A stretch of 64,000 bases of DNA, taken from positions 1 through 64,000 of the forward strand of contig CBFDEM010000048.1 in assembly GCA_965603825.1 (NCBI GenBank). Reading direction: 5' to 3'. This stretch comes from Blepharisma stoltei ATCC 30299 (taxonomy: Eukaryota > Protista > Ciliophora). The notes beneath the pieces were generated by a model. It saw only the letters and a list, made by a program, of their open reading frames with translations, was not told the origin of the DNA and searched no databases. Shown one piece after another: positions 1-13,190 of the stretch; the stretch's first letter is position 1; each line of letters starts with the position of its first letter. Both the position numbers and the translations under genes were made by a program.

Positions 1-3000
1 CCCTAACACCCTAACACCCTAACACCCTAACACCCTAACACCCTAACACCCTAACACCCTAACACCCTAACACCCTAACACCCTAACACCCTAACACCCT
101 AACACCCTAACACCCTAACACCCTAACACCCTAACACCCTAACACCCTAACACCCTAACACCCTAACACCCTAACACCCTAACACCCTAACACCCTAACA
201 CCCTAACACCCTAACACCCTAACACCCTAACACCCTAACACCCTAACACCCTAACACCCTAACACCCTAACACCCTAACACCCTAACACCCTAACACCCT
301 AACACCCTAACACCCTAACACCCTAACACCCTAACACCCTAACACCCTAACACCCTAACACCCTAACACCCTAACACCCTAACACCCTAACACCCTAACA
401 CCCTAACACCCTAACACCCTAACACCCTAACACCCTAACACCCTAACACCCTAACACCCTAACACCCTAACACCCTAACACCCTAACACCCTAACACCCT
501 AACACCCTAACACCCTAACACCCTAACACCCTAACACCCTAACACCCTAACACCCTAACACCCTAACACCCTAACACCCTAACACCCTAACACCCTAACA
601 CCCTAACACCCTAACACCCTAACACCCTAACACCCTAACACCCTAACACCCTAACACCCTAACACCCTAACACCCTAACACCCTAACACCCTAACACCCT
701 AACACCCTAACACCCTAACACCCTAACACCCTAACACCCTAACACCCTAACACCCTAACACCCTAACACCCTAACACCCTAACACCCTAACACCCTAACA
801 CCCTAACACCCTAACACCCTAACACCCTAACACCCTAACACCCTAACACCCTAACACCCTAACACCCTAACACCCTAACACCCTAACACCCTAACACCCT
901 AACACCCTAACACCCTAACACCCTAACACCCTAACACCCTAACACCCTAACACCCTAACACCCTAACACCCTAACACCCTAACACCCTAACACCCTAACA
1001 CCCTAACACCCTAACACCCTAACACCCTAACACCCTAACACCCTAACACCCTAACACCCTAACACCCTAACACCCTAACACCCTAACACCCTAACACCCT
1101 AACACCCTAACACCCTAACACCCTAACACCCTAACACCCTAACACCCTAACACCCTAACACCCTAACACCCTAACACCCTAACACCCTAACACCCTAACA
1201 CCCTAACACCCTAACACCCTAACACCCTAACACCCTAACACCCTAACACCCTAACACCCTAACACCCTAACACCCTAACACCCTAACACCCTAACACCCT
1301 AACACCCTAACACCCTAACACCCTAACACCCTAACACCCTAACACCCTAACACCCTAACACCCTAACACCCTAACACCCTAACACCCTAACACCCTAACA
1401 CCCTAACACCCTAACACCCTAACACCCTAACACCCTAACACCCTAACACCCTAACACCCTAACACCCTAACACCCTAACACCCTAACACCCTAACACCCT
1501 AACACCCTAACACCCTAACACCCTAACACCCTAACACCCTAACACCCTAACACCCTAACACCCTAACACCCTAACACCCTAACACCCTAACACCCTAACA
1601 CCCTAACACCCTAACACCCTAACACCCTAACACCCTAACACCCTAACACCCTAACACCCTAACACCCTAACACCCTAACACCCTAACACCCTAACACCCT
1701 AACACCCTAACACCCTAACACCCTAACACCCTAACACCCTAACACCCTAACACCCTAACACCCTAACACCCTAACACCCTAACACCCTAACACCCTAACA
1801 CCCTAACACCCTAACACCCTAACACCCTAACACCCTAACACCCTAACACCCTAACACCCTAACACCCTAACACCCTAACACCCTAACACCCTAACACCCT
1901 AACACCCTAACACCCTAACACCCTAACACCCTAACACCCTAACACCCTAACACCCTAACACCCTAACACCCTAACACCCTAACACCCTAACACCCTAACA
2001 CCCTAACACCCTAACACCCTAACACCCTAACACCCTAACACCCTAACACCCTAACACCCTAACACCCTAACACCCTAACACCCTAACACCCTAACACCCT
2101 AACACCCTAACACCCTAACACCCTAACACCCTAACACCCTAACACCCTAACACCCTAACACCCTAACACCCTAACACCCTAACACCCTAACACCCTAACA
2201 CCCTAACACCCTAACACCCTAACACCCTAACACCCTAACACCCTAACACCCTAACACCCTAACACCCTAACACCCTAACACCCTAACACCCTAACACCCT
2301 AACACCCTAACACCCTAACACCCTAACACCCTAACACCCTAACACCCTAACACCCTAACACCCTAACACCCTAACACCCTAACACCCTAACACCCTAACA
2401 CCCTAACACCCTAACACCCTAACACCCTAACACCCTAACACCCTAACACCCTAACACCCTAACACCCTAACACCCTAACACCCTAACACCCTAACACCCT
2501 AACACCCTAACACCCTAACACCCTAACACCCTAACACCCTAACACCCTAACACCCTAACACCCTAACACCCTAACACCCTAACACCCTAACACCCTAACA
2601 CCCTAACACCCTAACACCCTAACACCCTAACACCCTAACACCCTAACACCCTAACACCCTAACACCCTAACACCCTAACACCCTAACACCCTAACACCCT
2701 AACACCCTAACACCCTAACACCCTAACACCCTAACACCCTAACACCCTAACACCCTAACACCCTAACACCCTAACACCCTAACACCCTAACACCCTAACA
2801 CCCTAACACCCTAACACCCTAACACCCTAACACCCTAACACCCTAACACCCTAACACCCTAACACCCTAACACCCTAACACCCTAACACCCTAACACCCT
2901 AACACCCTAACACCCTAACACCCTAACACCCTAACACCCTAACACCCTAACACCCTAACACCCTAACACCCTAACACCCTAACACCCTAACACCCTAACA

Positions 3001-4662
3001 CCCTAACACCCTAACACCCTAACACCCTAACACCCTAACACCCTAACACCCTAACACCCTAACACCCTAACACCCTAACACCCTAACACCCTAACACCCT
3101 AACACCCTAACACCCTAACACCCTAACACCCTAACACCCTAACACCCTAACACCCTAACACCCTAACACCCTAACACCCTAACACCCTAACACCCTAACA
3201 CCCTAACACCCTAACACCCTAACACCCTAACACCCTAACACCCTAACACCCTAACACCCTAACACCCTAACACCCTAACACCCTAACACCCTAACACCCT
3301 AACACCCTAACACCCTAACACCCTAACACCCTAACACCCTAACACCCTAACACCCTAACACCCTAACACCCTAACACCCTAACACCCTAACACCCTAACA
3401 CCCTAACACCCTAACACCCTAACACCCTAACACCCTAACACCCTAACACCCTAACACCCTAACACCCTAACACCCTAACACCCTAACACCCTAACACCCT
3501 AACACCCTAACACCCTAACACCCTAACACCCTAACACCCTAACACCCTAACACCCTAACACCCTAACACCCTAACACCCTAACACCCTAACACCCTAACA
3601 CCCTAACACCCTAACACCCTAACACCCTAACACCCTAACACCCTAACACCCTAACACCCTAACACCCTAACACCCTAACACCCTAACACCCTAACACCCT
3701 AACACCCTAACACCCTAACACCCTAACACCCTAACACCCTAACACCCTAACACCCTAACACCCTAACACCCTAACACCCTAACACCCTAACACCCTAACA
3801 CCCTAACACCCTAACACCCTAACACCCTAACACCCTAACACCCTAACACCCTAACACCCTAACACCCTAACACCCTAACACCCTAACACCCTAACACCCT
3901 AACACCCTAACACCCTAACACCCTAACACCCTAACACCCTAACACCCTAACACCCTAACACCCTAACACCCTAACACCCTAACACCCTAACACCCTAACA
4001 CCCTAACACCCTAACACCCTAACACCCTAACACCCTAACACCCTAACACCCTAACACCCTAACACCCTAACACCCTAACACCCTAACACCCTAACACCCT
4101 AACACCCTAACACCCTAACACCCTAACACCCTAACACCCTAACACCCTAACACCCTAACACCCTAACACCCTAACACCCTAACACCCTAACACCCTAACA
4201 CCCTAACACCCTAACACCCTAACACCCTAACACCCTAACACCCTAACACCCTAACACCCTAACACCCTAACACCCTAACACCCTAACACCCTAACACCCT
4301 AACACCCTAACACCCTAACACCCTAACACCCTAACACCCTAACACCCTAACACCCTAACACCCTAACACCCTAACACCCTAACACCCTAACACCCTAACA
4401 CCCTAACACCCTAACACCCTAACACCCTAACACCCTAACACCCTAACACCCTAACACCCTAACACCCTAACACCCTAACACCCTAACACCCTAACACCCT
4501 AACACCCTAACACCCTAACACCCTAACACCCTAACACCCTAACACCCTAACACCCTAACACCCTAACACCCTAACACCCTAACACCCTAACACCCTAACA
4601 CCCTAACACCCTAACACCCTAACACCCTAACACCCTAACACCCTAACACCCTAACACCCTAA
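1..4662 (+). repeat. Telomeric repeat array (CCCTAACA)n: 582 full units plus CCCTAA
   Basis: Uninterrupted 8-nt repeat from base 1, C-rich strand on +, ending abruptly at ...ccctaa|ataattga. CCCTAACA is the known heterotrich (Stentor/Blepharisma) telomere unit. Confidence 0.98.
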
Positions 4663-4739
4663 ATAATTGAATTTACTTGAGTATAATTAATTTGACTAAA
4701 AAATTTAGAAATTTACTTTGTGTTGCAATAATAGACGTA

Positions 4740-5678
4740 ATGGTAGACCTAACCGTAAGAAATAAATCGGCTGAGATTTTGAGCAACGCAAACAATCCAG
4801 AATTAGAAATGGATTTCAGGGCAACTTGCTTAATGATTCAGCTCGATACTAGTCTTTACGACCCACCACTAATGCAAACTTGCCAAGATTATCTTAATGC
4901 TTGTCAACATGGAGCATCTCTTTATAGTATTAGAGGAGATAGCAAGAGAACTTATTTATATATTTATAACACTGAAACTGAAACCCAAAAAGTCTTAAAC
5001 TTGCAGACTCCACAACCACTAGACTGATTCACTTGCATAACTCAACTTCCCAATGGCAAGCTATTCTGTTTTGGTAATTGTTCACATTCTGGATATACAG
5101 TGCTAATTGATAAAAATGGTGAAGTCGAAGTGCTACCATCTGGAACTCCTTGTTCATGCATCTATTTAAAAAGCAGCGTCTATTTATTTGGAGGATATAG
5201 TAATAAAGGCTTATTTACTCTATCTAGTAGATTTGATTTGGGTCGAAATCGATGAATTCAATTAACTCCAATACCACAGCCTGATTATGAATGCCATAGT
5301 CTAATGTTTAATAGAAATATTTTGATTTCTGGAAGGTATAGTAGAAATCTTTTGTTATACTCAGTCGATATTGACTCTTTCTCGGCAATTCCTTATGAGT
5401 TTGGTGAAAGAAAAAGAAAGATCCTTATAAATTTAGAGAGATCTTATTTGATTGAATGTGATGAAGGAGGTATTTATGAAAGTGAAATTGGAAGTTACAT
5501 AAATTGGAGACAAATAGGAAAAGCAGCAATCTATTGCATTGCTCGTCAGGTGTACTGTTCATATAATAAAGAATTTATACACATTGGAATTGAAGGATCT
5601 GACTACTTCAAGTTTGATTTAAATGAAAGGAAATTGATAGCATTAAAAAAGTATAAAATGCTATTTAAAAGTAAGTAA
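4740..5678 (+). CDS. Kelch-repeat (beta-propeller) protein, paralog 1, 312 aa with UGA=Trp
   Basis: ORFs 4677 and 5304 share a frame and join through two TGA codons. Kelch motifs VYLFGG and RFDLGRNR(W)IQLTPIP. Colinear with paralogs at 5820 and 10640. First ATG 4740, TAA 5676-5678. Confidence 0.75.
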
Positions 5679-6176
5679 GTAGTAATCTAGCAATTGCGTA
5701 ACAATTTTTGCCTCTTTTCTAATTGGCACTGAATTTGAGGTAATAAAAAATGGCTTTAACGAACAAAAAAGTTAACTAAAAAATTCAAAAACTTAACTTA
5801 TGTTGCATAAATAGAAATAATGGCAGATCTAACCTTAAGAAATAAATCGGCTGAGATTTTGAGCAGACCAAACAATCCAGAACTTGAGATGGATTTCAGA
5901 GCAACTTGCTCAGCGCCTTTATACATTCCTAGTCTTTATGAACCGCCACTAATGCAATTTTGCCAAAATTATCTTAATGCTTATCAACAAGGAACATCTC
6001 TTTATAATATTAGAGGAGATAGCAAAAGAAATAGTTTGATTATTTATAACACTGAAACTGAAACCCAGCAAGTAAACATTTTGCAGACTCCACAACAACT
6101 AGACTCATGTTCTTGCATAACTCAACTTCCCAATGGCAAGCTATTCTGTTTTGGTAATTGATTACTTTCTGGAACT

Positions 6177-8570
6177 TTTTATTTTTGTGAAAATTGATGG
6201 ATATCCGCTAGATAACCGCATCGCTTACACTGTACTTTATATCAATTAATTAGCAAATTAAGTTGTTTCTAATGAGACAGATGCTCTGGTAAATTGAGTG
6301 GCACTAAATAGGCTAATTAAAAATCTGTTATTATAATATGCTCTGCAATATGCAATACTCCAGTCTATACTGGTGCAAGGTGTTGCGCAGAATTTACTGC
6401 TGAAGTTTCGAGACATGATACACTAGTACAAGTTTTGATACAGAATGTGCTAGTAAAGTTTTGAGACATGATGCGCTAGTGCAAGATTTGATACAGAATT
6501 TGTAGTAAATGCAGGATATGTTGATTCATGATGCGTTGGTGCAAGGTTGCATAATGCCCTGGTAAATGCAGAATGTGCTAATAAAGTTTTAATACATGAT
6601 GCGCTAGTGCAAGGTTTATACAAGAATGCTCTAGTGAATACAGGTTGCGTTAGTACAACAGATATGCAGGATGCTCTGGTACAGGATGTGTTGAATGTGA
6701 ATAATAAGTGGTTTAAATTGTAAATAAAAATAAAATAAATTTTCTTCTTGCTTCTTATGTTCATAAAATATATAACAGCTGTTAAAGTATTTCTACCTGA
6801 ATATAATAGGGTAGCTAATATATTTCTTACAAAATTTTCCAAAATACTGTTAGCAAACTATTGCTTCACCATTAAAGAGCCTATAATCCCTTTAAAATCT
6901 AATCTTAGTATTTATTTATTAATAAATATAAGGCTTATTAATGCTTGTAATGCTTTATCTGATAACTCAGCTGAATTTTTCCTCGTCTTTAGGCTTTTTA
7001 TTGGTGATGATACTTTCAATACATAAATTTATGATTTCTTTAACAAATAAAGATAAGACTATAAAATGACGGAATTGACTTCAGAAATTGCGCGAAAATT
7101 GGGTTTTAACATTCCAAGTCATGAAGGCGAAAATCTTAGTGATCAGTTAATAGAATTAGCTTCCAACGATGAGGTAATACTTCAATCTGTAGCAAAATGG
7201 TTCAAATTAGGACCTCTTAAAGTGTCCATGATAATCAGCGAATATAAAAAGTCAAAAAAAAGTAGAGATGAAGCGAGCTGTACAGCAAATTATGTCTGAA
7301 GCTGATGAAAATAATCTAGATTCAAGAAACAATTTTATGCCTGTGCATGATTTGGAAAATCCAGTAAATAATGAAGATGAGTCAGACAAAAACAATGAGT
7401 CACAAGAAAAAGCTTCAGAAAATTTAAGCAAAGTTAATTTACAGGTATCTCAAATATCTATTGCCAATCCGCAAATTAATTTAGAATCTGACAATAGACA
7501 AGCATTTGAACAGCAATTAGAGGCGCACACATAGAAGAAGAAAATATGATACACGGGTGCATTTAATGTTGGAGACAAGGTAAATTGCACAAATATAAAA
7601 GAATTTCATATTATTATAAAAAAGAAAGCTCTACAGGACGACAAAGCCAAAATTTATGTTAAAAGATCTGATTCTGCAAAAAAGTTGATTCAGTTTGAGT
7701 GTTATTTTTCAAGTGAGCATGCTAATATTCTTTTTCCTTCTATTAAGCCTGAATTGTTTTGCAAGTTCAAAATGAGTTGAAAGTATACATTGGATTTATT
7801 AGAGTCATATACTTTTGAGTGCATACATGTTCATCAAAATCATAATCATAAAGGAATTCCGCAAGATCAGTGTGATAATTTAATTGAATGCGAAATATTG
7901 CCAAATAGCATCAAAGAACAAGCGATCCAATATTATATTGAAGGATTTACAATTAGGCAGATACAGTCTATGCTAAGCGCAAATGATGATTTTAAGATAT
8001 CAATAGAGAAATTATACAATGTTGTAGAATATTATGCAAAAACTCATTCGGAAAATTTCACCTTTGATAGAATAATATCAAGCGAATGTCATCATACAAA
8101 TGCAATAATTGAATTTGATAGAGCCTTAATGAGATTTTTTATTACAGATTTATCAAGAATAGAGATGTGACAAAAATTACAAGATGTGATACTTATAGAC
8201 AGTACATATAAGGTTCATGAAAGTTTTAGATCTGCAGTATTTATTTTAACTGTAGATCCATATGGATCTAACTATGTGCTAGCAATGGCACTTACAAAAA
8301 AAGAAACTGAAAACAACTATTCATGAATATTTATGAATTTTCTAAAACATTTTCAGAGTCCACAAGTAATTTTTGTGGATCGCAACCAAGCACAGTATAA
8401 TGCTCTTAGTGATAAGTTTAGAAACTCAAAGATAATTTTTTGTTTATGGCATATTCAAAGGAATCTTATAACATACTTGACTCCTTTACATATTAGCTGA
8501 TCAGAATTTAAAAAATATTGATACACTCTATATCACTCTCAAGATGCTAAAACATTTAATATAAATTGAA
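6177..8570. mobile_element. Insertion into Kelch paralog 2 carrying degenerate tandem repeats and a truncated MULE transposase
   Basis: Boundaries defined by loss and resumption of Kelch homology. About 3 nt of target appear lost. No 9-bp TSD or long TIR visible. Confidence 0.7.
6355..6700. repeat. Imperfect tandem repeats, ~53 nt period, core CATGATRCRCTAGTRCAAG...CAGAAT
   Basis: GAGACATGATACACTAGTACAAGTTTTGATACAGAAT at 6410 recurs as GAGACATGATGCGCTAGTGCAAGATTTGATACAGAAT at 6463. More diverged copies near 6525 and 6595. Confidence 0.7.
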
Positions 8571-8584
8571 GTTCTAATTGATAG
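7066..8584 (+). pseudogene. MULE (Mutator-like) transposase: frameshifted, one in-frame TAG, 3'-truncated
   Basis: With UGA=Trp, the frame of 7268 runs to 8584 except for TAG 7532-7534. It has a C..C..HNH WRKY/FAR1-like region, then DVILIDSTYK...VLAMALTKKETENNYS(W)IF...PQVIFVDRNQAQYNAL...IIFCLWHIQRN, giving the first two catalytic Asp and the CxxH motif. +1 shift at the A8 run 7254-7261. Confidence 0.85.
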
Positions 8585-9122
8585 AAATGATGGAGTCGAA
8601 GTGCTGCCATCTGGAACCCCTTGTAGATGATCATCATGCATCTATTTCAACAACAGCGTCTTTTGCTTTGGAGGATCTAATGAACATGCTTTAATTCTAT
8701 CTAGTAGGTTTGATTTGAATCAGAATCGTTGAATTAAATTAACTCCAATGCCACAAGCTAATTTCCAGTGCAATAGTATTATGTTTAATGGAAATATTTT
8801 AATTTCTGGATGCTGACAAAAAAATCTTTTGTTATACTCAATTGATATTGACTCTTTCTCGATAATTCCTTATGAGTTTGCAAGAGGGAAAAGAAAGATC
8901 CTGATAAATGCAGATAGAATTTATTTGATTGAATGCAATGAAGGAGGTGATATCTATGAAAGCGAAATTGGAAGTTACACGAATTGGAGACCAACAGGAA
9001 AAACATCAACAATCAATTACAGTGTTTTACAAGTGTATTGTACATATAATGAAGGATATATATACATTGGAATAGATGGATCTGACTACTTCAAGTTTGA
9101 TTTGGATGAAGAGAGATTAATT

Positions 9123-9290
9123 GCATCTTTTGATATGCTTGGCAAGGAAGGTGACAAGCAAATAACTGCTTCAGAGCTAAAAATTGCAGTGTAAGCTAAT
9201 GAAGGATAGCTAATGAAATTTGGACTGAAAAGGCAGCATCAGCAGATATTGATTGGGGAGGATTAGCTATTATTATTCTATCTTCTTCAA
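9123..9290 (+). pseudogene. Relic of a CDPK/calmodulin-type EF-hand pair
   Basis: SFDMLGKEGDKQITASELKIAV resembles FDxDxDGxITxxEL. After stops and a shift, NEIWTEKAASADIDWGG resembles the next EF-hand. Confidence 0.45.
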
Positions 9291-9299
9291 ATCAGATCC

Positions 9300-10600
9300 T
9301 ATGCAGAATTGGGCATATGCAATTCATTTCAGTTTATCCAGAGTGATGTCAGTAGCAATTTCAATGAGAGTCATTCCAGTTTCCTTCGGAATTTGAAAAC
9401 TCCGTACTCGGTCACAAGCATTCTAACAACCTTCTTACATTTCAGTGGGAGACAACATTTATTGAGGATCTTTGGAGCACCTTAGGAAGTGTGCTCCATA
9501 CAGACCTGCATTTCGATTAGCTATCAACAAAGTCCATCCCTCCTCTCATTACCTTCACCGTTTTGTCTGGGACAATCTAGTTTGAAAGGTCTTCTGGAGC
9601 ACTTGTAGTTCTCCGAGAATAGTTAAATCAAGATGATCGCCATGGAAAATAGCAAAACTAGTGCTGCCTGCCCCATTGTGATAGATTTCTTTGCCAGCAT
9701 TAATAGCGTTTGGGAATTGCTCACCTTATTTTGGATATGTTCCTATACCTAGCTCATGAAGAAAAATTGTGATAGCCTTTGGGCAAGTAGTTTGACAGCT
9801 CGGCACTAAGGTTGCATCCTAATAGCCAAGCTCACATACATTCTGTTCTTGATTTCTTTGGAAACTCTTTTGGCAATTCTCTCACGTTTCCTGATTTATT
9901 CAAGAGTCCCAGGAAGCTCCAGTATTGAGAGCAGCCTTTCAATAGGCTTTTCAAAATACTCACCTTTAACGATTCTATGAACTGGGTCGACAGTGCCAGC
10001 AGGGACGTTTTCTTCTCGACTTCTGCGATCGTTATTTTTAGACCCGGCAATGTTAGGTAAATCAAGCTACCCTCAGTATCTGCTTTCTAAGTCTTGATGA
10101 GGTCAACGTCTCATCTGAGTGCTTCTTCAAGGATGTATTTCTTACCTCCATCGGGGTGGAGACCTTCTCTACCGTTTTCCCTCTTATCCACACTTCTAGA
10201 CAAAGTCGCCTTCTTCAACCAAACTGCCTGCACCAGTATGGGTGTGGAAAGCTGAAATACTGCATTCTATGAGTCTTTCAGCATACTATCCCTTGGAATG
10301 AGGCCAAGCTCAATTTATCAATTCATATACTAATTTTTCAAGTTTCGTTTCCTCTGAGTAAGGAACAGTGAATGCTTAAAGTCATCCTGTCTTTAATCAA
10401 GAGTCCGGGCTCAAATTCATTAGTGCCTGAAATTTTGGTGGTGATGAGTTTGAGATTATTGATTTCAAGTTGTCCACTGCTCTCAATAGATTTTCTGGGA
10501 CTACGCTTATTCCAGAACCTGCTATCATGGCTGCTATCCCGCTCTTCATGTCAAATCCAATCTCTGCTGATGAGTTGAATATCTTATTTGAATGAAATTG
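9300..10600 (-). pseudogene. OXCT1: Decayed succinyl-CoA:3-ketoacid CoA transferase (SCOT)
   Basis: Minus-strand fragments in SCOT order across stops and frameshifts: GSGISVVPENLLRAV (cf. GFGLCGIPENLIDAL), ISAFHTHTGAGSLVEEG (cf. VPAFYTPTGYGTLVQEG), IVPDKTVKVMRGGMDFV (cf. IPGKMVKGMGGAMDLV), CMEHT...PKILNKCCLPL...MLVTEYGVF...GMTLIEI. Ends approximate. Confidence 0.8.
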
Positions 10601-10639
10601 TAATAAAAGTTTAAAAATCATCCATTTAATAATTATTAT

Positions 10640-12890
10640 ATGATGACGAAGAAATGTTTCGAGTCTGGGTGTACGAATGAGGTTGAGTATTCATGCAAAT
10701 GCTCTTCTCCTAAGACTTTATCTTGTGAAGTGCACATTGGAAAGCATGTAAACTTGCCTGATAGAGTTCATAACCTTGAATCAATGTTTATCCAGCCTTG
10801 CGAAGGCACAAAAGAAGCAATTCTTGAATTCCTTACAATAGAAAATTCAAAATGCAGCGAGCTGAGAAGAAAAATCATAGATTCCTTTAATAAGTGTCCA
10901 TTTAACTTAAAGAGAAATTTAAGAGATTTCAGAAAAAAATTGGATGATTGCTCAGGTGAGATAAATGATTTATTTGCAAAAATTTCCCAGGTTAAAAAAG
11001 TATCAAAGCTAGAGCAAGATCCAATATTAGGATTATTGGTTTTACAGCCTGGAGAAGCTGCTGAGAAAGTAAAATTGATGATCATAGCCATGAAAGATTG
11101 GTACAACGGTGCAAGATTCTTTTATATAATCGCTGAAAAGTTAGCGAGTTTAAATAGATCCTTTGCTAAAGAAAAAGGCGATGCATATCTAGAAAATATG
11201 AATATGCAAAATACTCCTGAAACGGATAATAAAACCATAGAGTCAGCAAACGTTAAGGATTCGGTTTCCTCGATAATGAATGAAAACAGTGAGAGTTTAA
11301 AAGGGCCTGAAAACGCAAGCAAGTGAATAAAAAAAAGCCTAAAAAGTGAGGCAAGTTTGCTTTATTCTAAAATAAGCGCTGTTTCTAATTATCTCAACAG
11401 TGAACCCAAGGAAACAGAAAGTGCTTTAAACCTTATAGACACCTTAAGAAATAAAACTGCTGAGATAATGAGTAGACCAAATGATTCAGAAATAGAGATG
11501 GATTTCAATACAACTTGCTCAGCAATTCATATCCATTCTCTTTTTTATTATCCACCACTAAGGCAAGCTTGCCAAGATTATTTTAAAGCTTATCAACAAA
11601 AAACATCTATTTATAATGTTATAAGAGATGAGGATGACAGAACCAATTTAATTATTTATAGCACTGAAACTGAAGCCCAAGAAATTAAAATCTTGCATAC
11701 CCCAGACCCACTAGACAGCTGCACTTGCATAACTCAACTTCCAAATGGCAAGCTATTCTGTTTTGGTAATTATGATTTTGGAGTTACAGTGCTAATTGAT
11801 GTAAATGGTGAATCTGAAGTGTTGCCATCTGGAACTCCTTGCAGAGAGTCGTCATGTATCTATTTCAACAATAGCGTCTATTGCTTTGGAGGATATTATA
11901 ATGATTCTTTAACTCTATCGAGTAGATTTGATTTGGATCAAAAGCGATGAATTGAATTAATTCCAATGCCAGAAAATGATTATAGTTGCAATAGTATAGT
12001 ATTTAATGGAAATATTTTGATTTCTGGATATCGAAATAGAAATCTTTGGTTATACTCAATTGATATTGACTCTTTCTCGACGATTCCTTATGAGTTTGCA
12101 AAGAAGAAAAGAAAGATCCTAATCAATGCAGAGAGAATATATTTGATTGAATGCGGCAATGGGTCAATCTATGAAAGCGAAATTGGAAGCTACTCGAATT
12201 GGAGAAGAATAGGAAAATCAAAAATCAATTGTAATCCTGATCAAGTGTATTTTTCATATAATAAAGGAGGAATATGCATCTCAGTTCTTTTTGGATCAAT
12301 TAGAGAATATTATTATTTTAATATAGATCAAAAAATCATTATTGATGTTGCTTACTATGATGAGCATATCTCACTTAGAAGAGTAGGTAAAAAGATTCAA
12401 GTATTAAGGAGCGATAATCAGAATTTTAAGATCGATCCTTATTATCTGGATGAATGCAATGCAAAAGATATTGATCTAAAGACTTTAGATAGAATCAAAC
12501 GTACATGAATTAGGAAGATATCCAGAAGCAGTAGAAAGCTATGACGAAGCAATCAAAATCATGCCAAACATAGCCAAGTTTTATAATCGTAAAGGCAATA
12601 CTCTTTATGCTTTAGAGAAACATCAAGAATCGATACAATGCTATGATGAGGCAATCAAACTTGAACCCAATAATCCTTTGCGTTTCTGCAACCGAGCTAG
12701 AGTATTTAATAATCTTAGACAAGAAGAAGCAGCTTTGCAGGACTTTAATAAGGCTTATGATTTATGGCAAGAATATCAAGAAAATGTCGTTTATGAGGAT
12801 GAATGAGACCTTTCTGAAAAAGATATCAATTTTATTAAAGACGTATTAGGCCGAGACCGTAATGAACTACTCCAAAAAATGCAGATTTAA
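10640..12890 (+). CDS. Cys/His zinc finger (B-box-like), helical region, Kelch and TPR protein (paralog 3); TPR tail is out of frame near 12500
   Basis: ORFs 10640, 11357 and 11966 share one frame joined by TGA, ending at TAA 12584-12586. TPRs (LGRYPEAVESYDEAIKI, FYNRKGNTLYAL, YDEAIKLEPNN) lie in another frame ending at TAA 12888-12890. Confidence 0.7.
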
Positions 12891-12930
12891 ATAAAATTTG
12901 GTGATAATAAGCAGTCATTATAATAATTAT

Positions 12931-13190
12931 ATATGCATATCCGTGCGCTTCTCCTTTAACTTTATGCTGTGAACTGTACTTCTCATGCCATTGAAAGAAT
13001 TTATTTAGAGCCGGCTAAAGGGACAAAAAAGCAATTCTTAGATGTTTTACAAAAGAGTAGCCAAAAAATAGCAAGCTGAAGGGAAAAGTCCTAGCATCCT
13101 TTAGCTAACGTTTACTTGAATCAAGAAATGGTTCTGAAGAGCTTTTGGAATTAGTTTCAGATGAACTAAGCAATTGTTTAACAAAAATTC
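12931..13190 (+). pseudogene. Degenerate copy of the N-terminal part of the paralog-3 gene
   Basis: cttctcctttaactttatgctgtgaactgtac...agggacaaaaaagcaattctt...aagctgaagggaaaagtcctag aligns with 10705-10885 but carries deletions and frameshifts. Confidence 0.6.

Larger units (their letters stand above)
5820..9194 (+). pseudogene. Kelch paralog 2, split by a ~2.4 kb insert (5' part 5820-6176, 3' part 8571-~9125) and fused at its 3' end to an EF-hand fragment
   Basis: 5' half ends CFGN(W)LLSGT. Homology resumes at 8571 with VLIDRNDGVEVLPSGTPCR(W)SSCIYFNNSVFCFGG, the continuation seen in paralogs 1 and 3, in the same frame. Confidence 0.8.

Noticed and set aside
6355-6700. CRISPR-like array
   Set aside because: Eukaryotic context, degenerate units, no unique spacers and no cas genes.
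6450-7026. ORFs 6450-6842 (-) and 6748-7026 (+)
   Set aside because: Low-complexity translations of repeat and AT-rich DNA with no recognisable domain.
7532-7534. UAG=Gln reassignment suggested by the in-frame TAG in the MULE ORF
   Set aside because: Single case in a frameshifted, truncated element. TAG ends several intact genes (34864, 38031, 61130, 63805).
6177-8570. Retained TA-bounded IES
   Set aside because: No TA pair at the junctions restores the Kelch sequence without creating a stop or deleting conserved codons.
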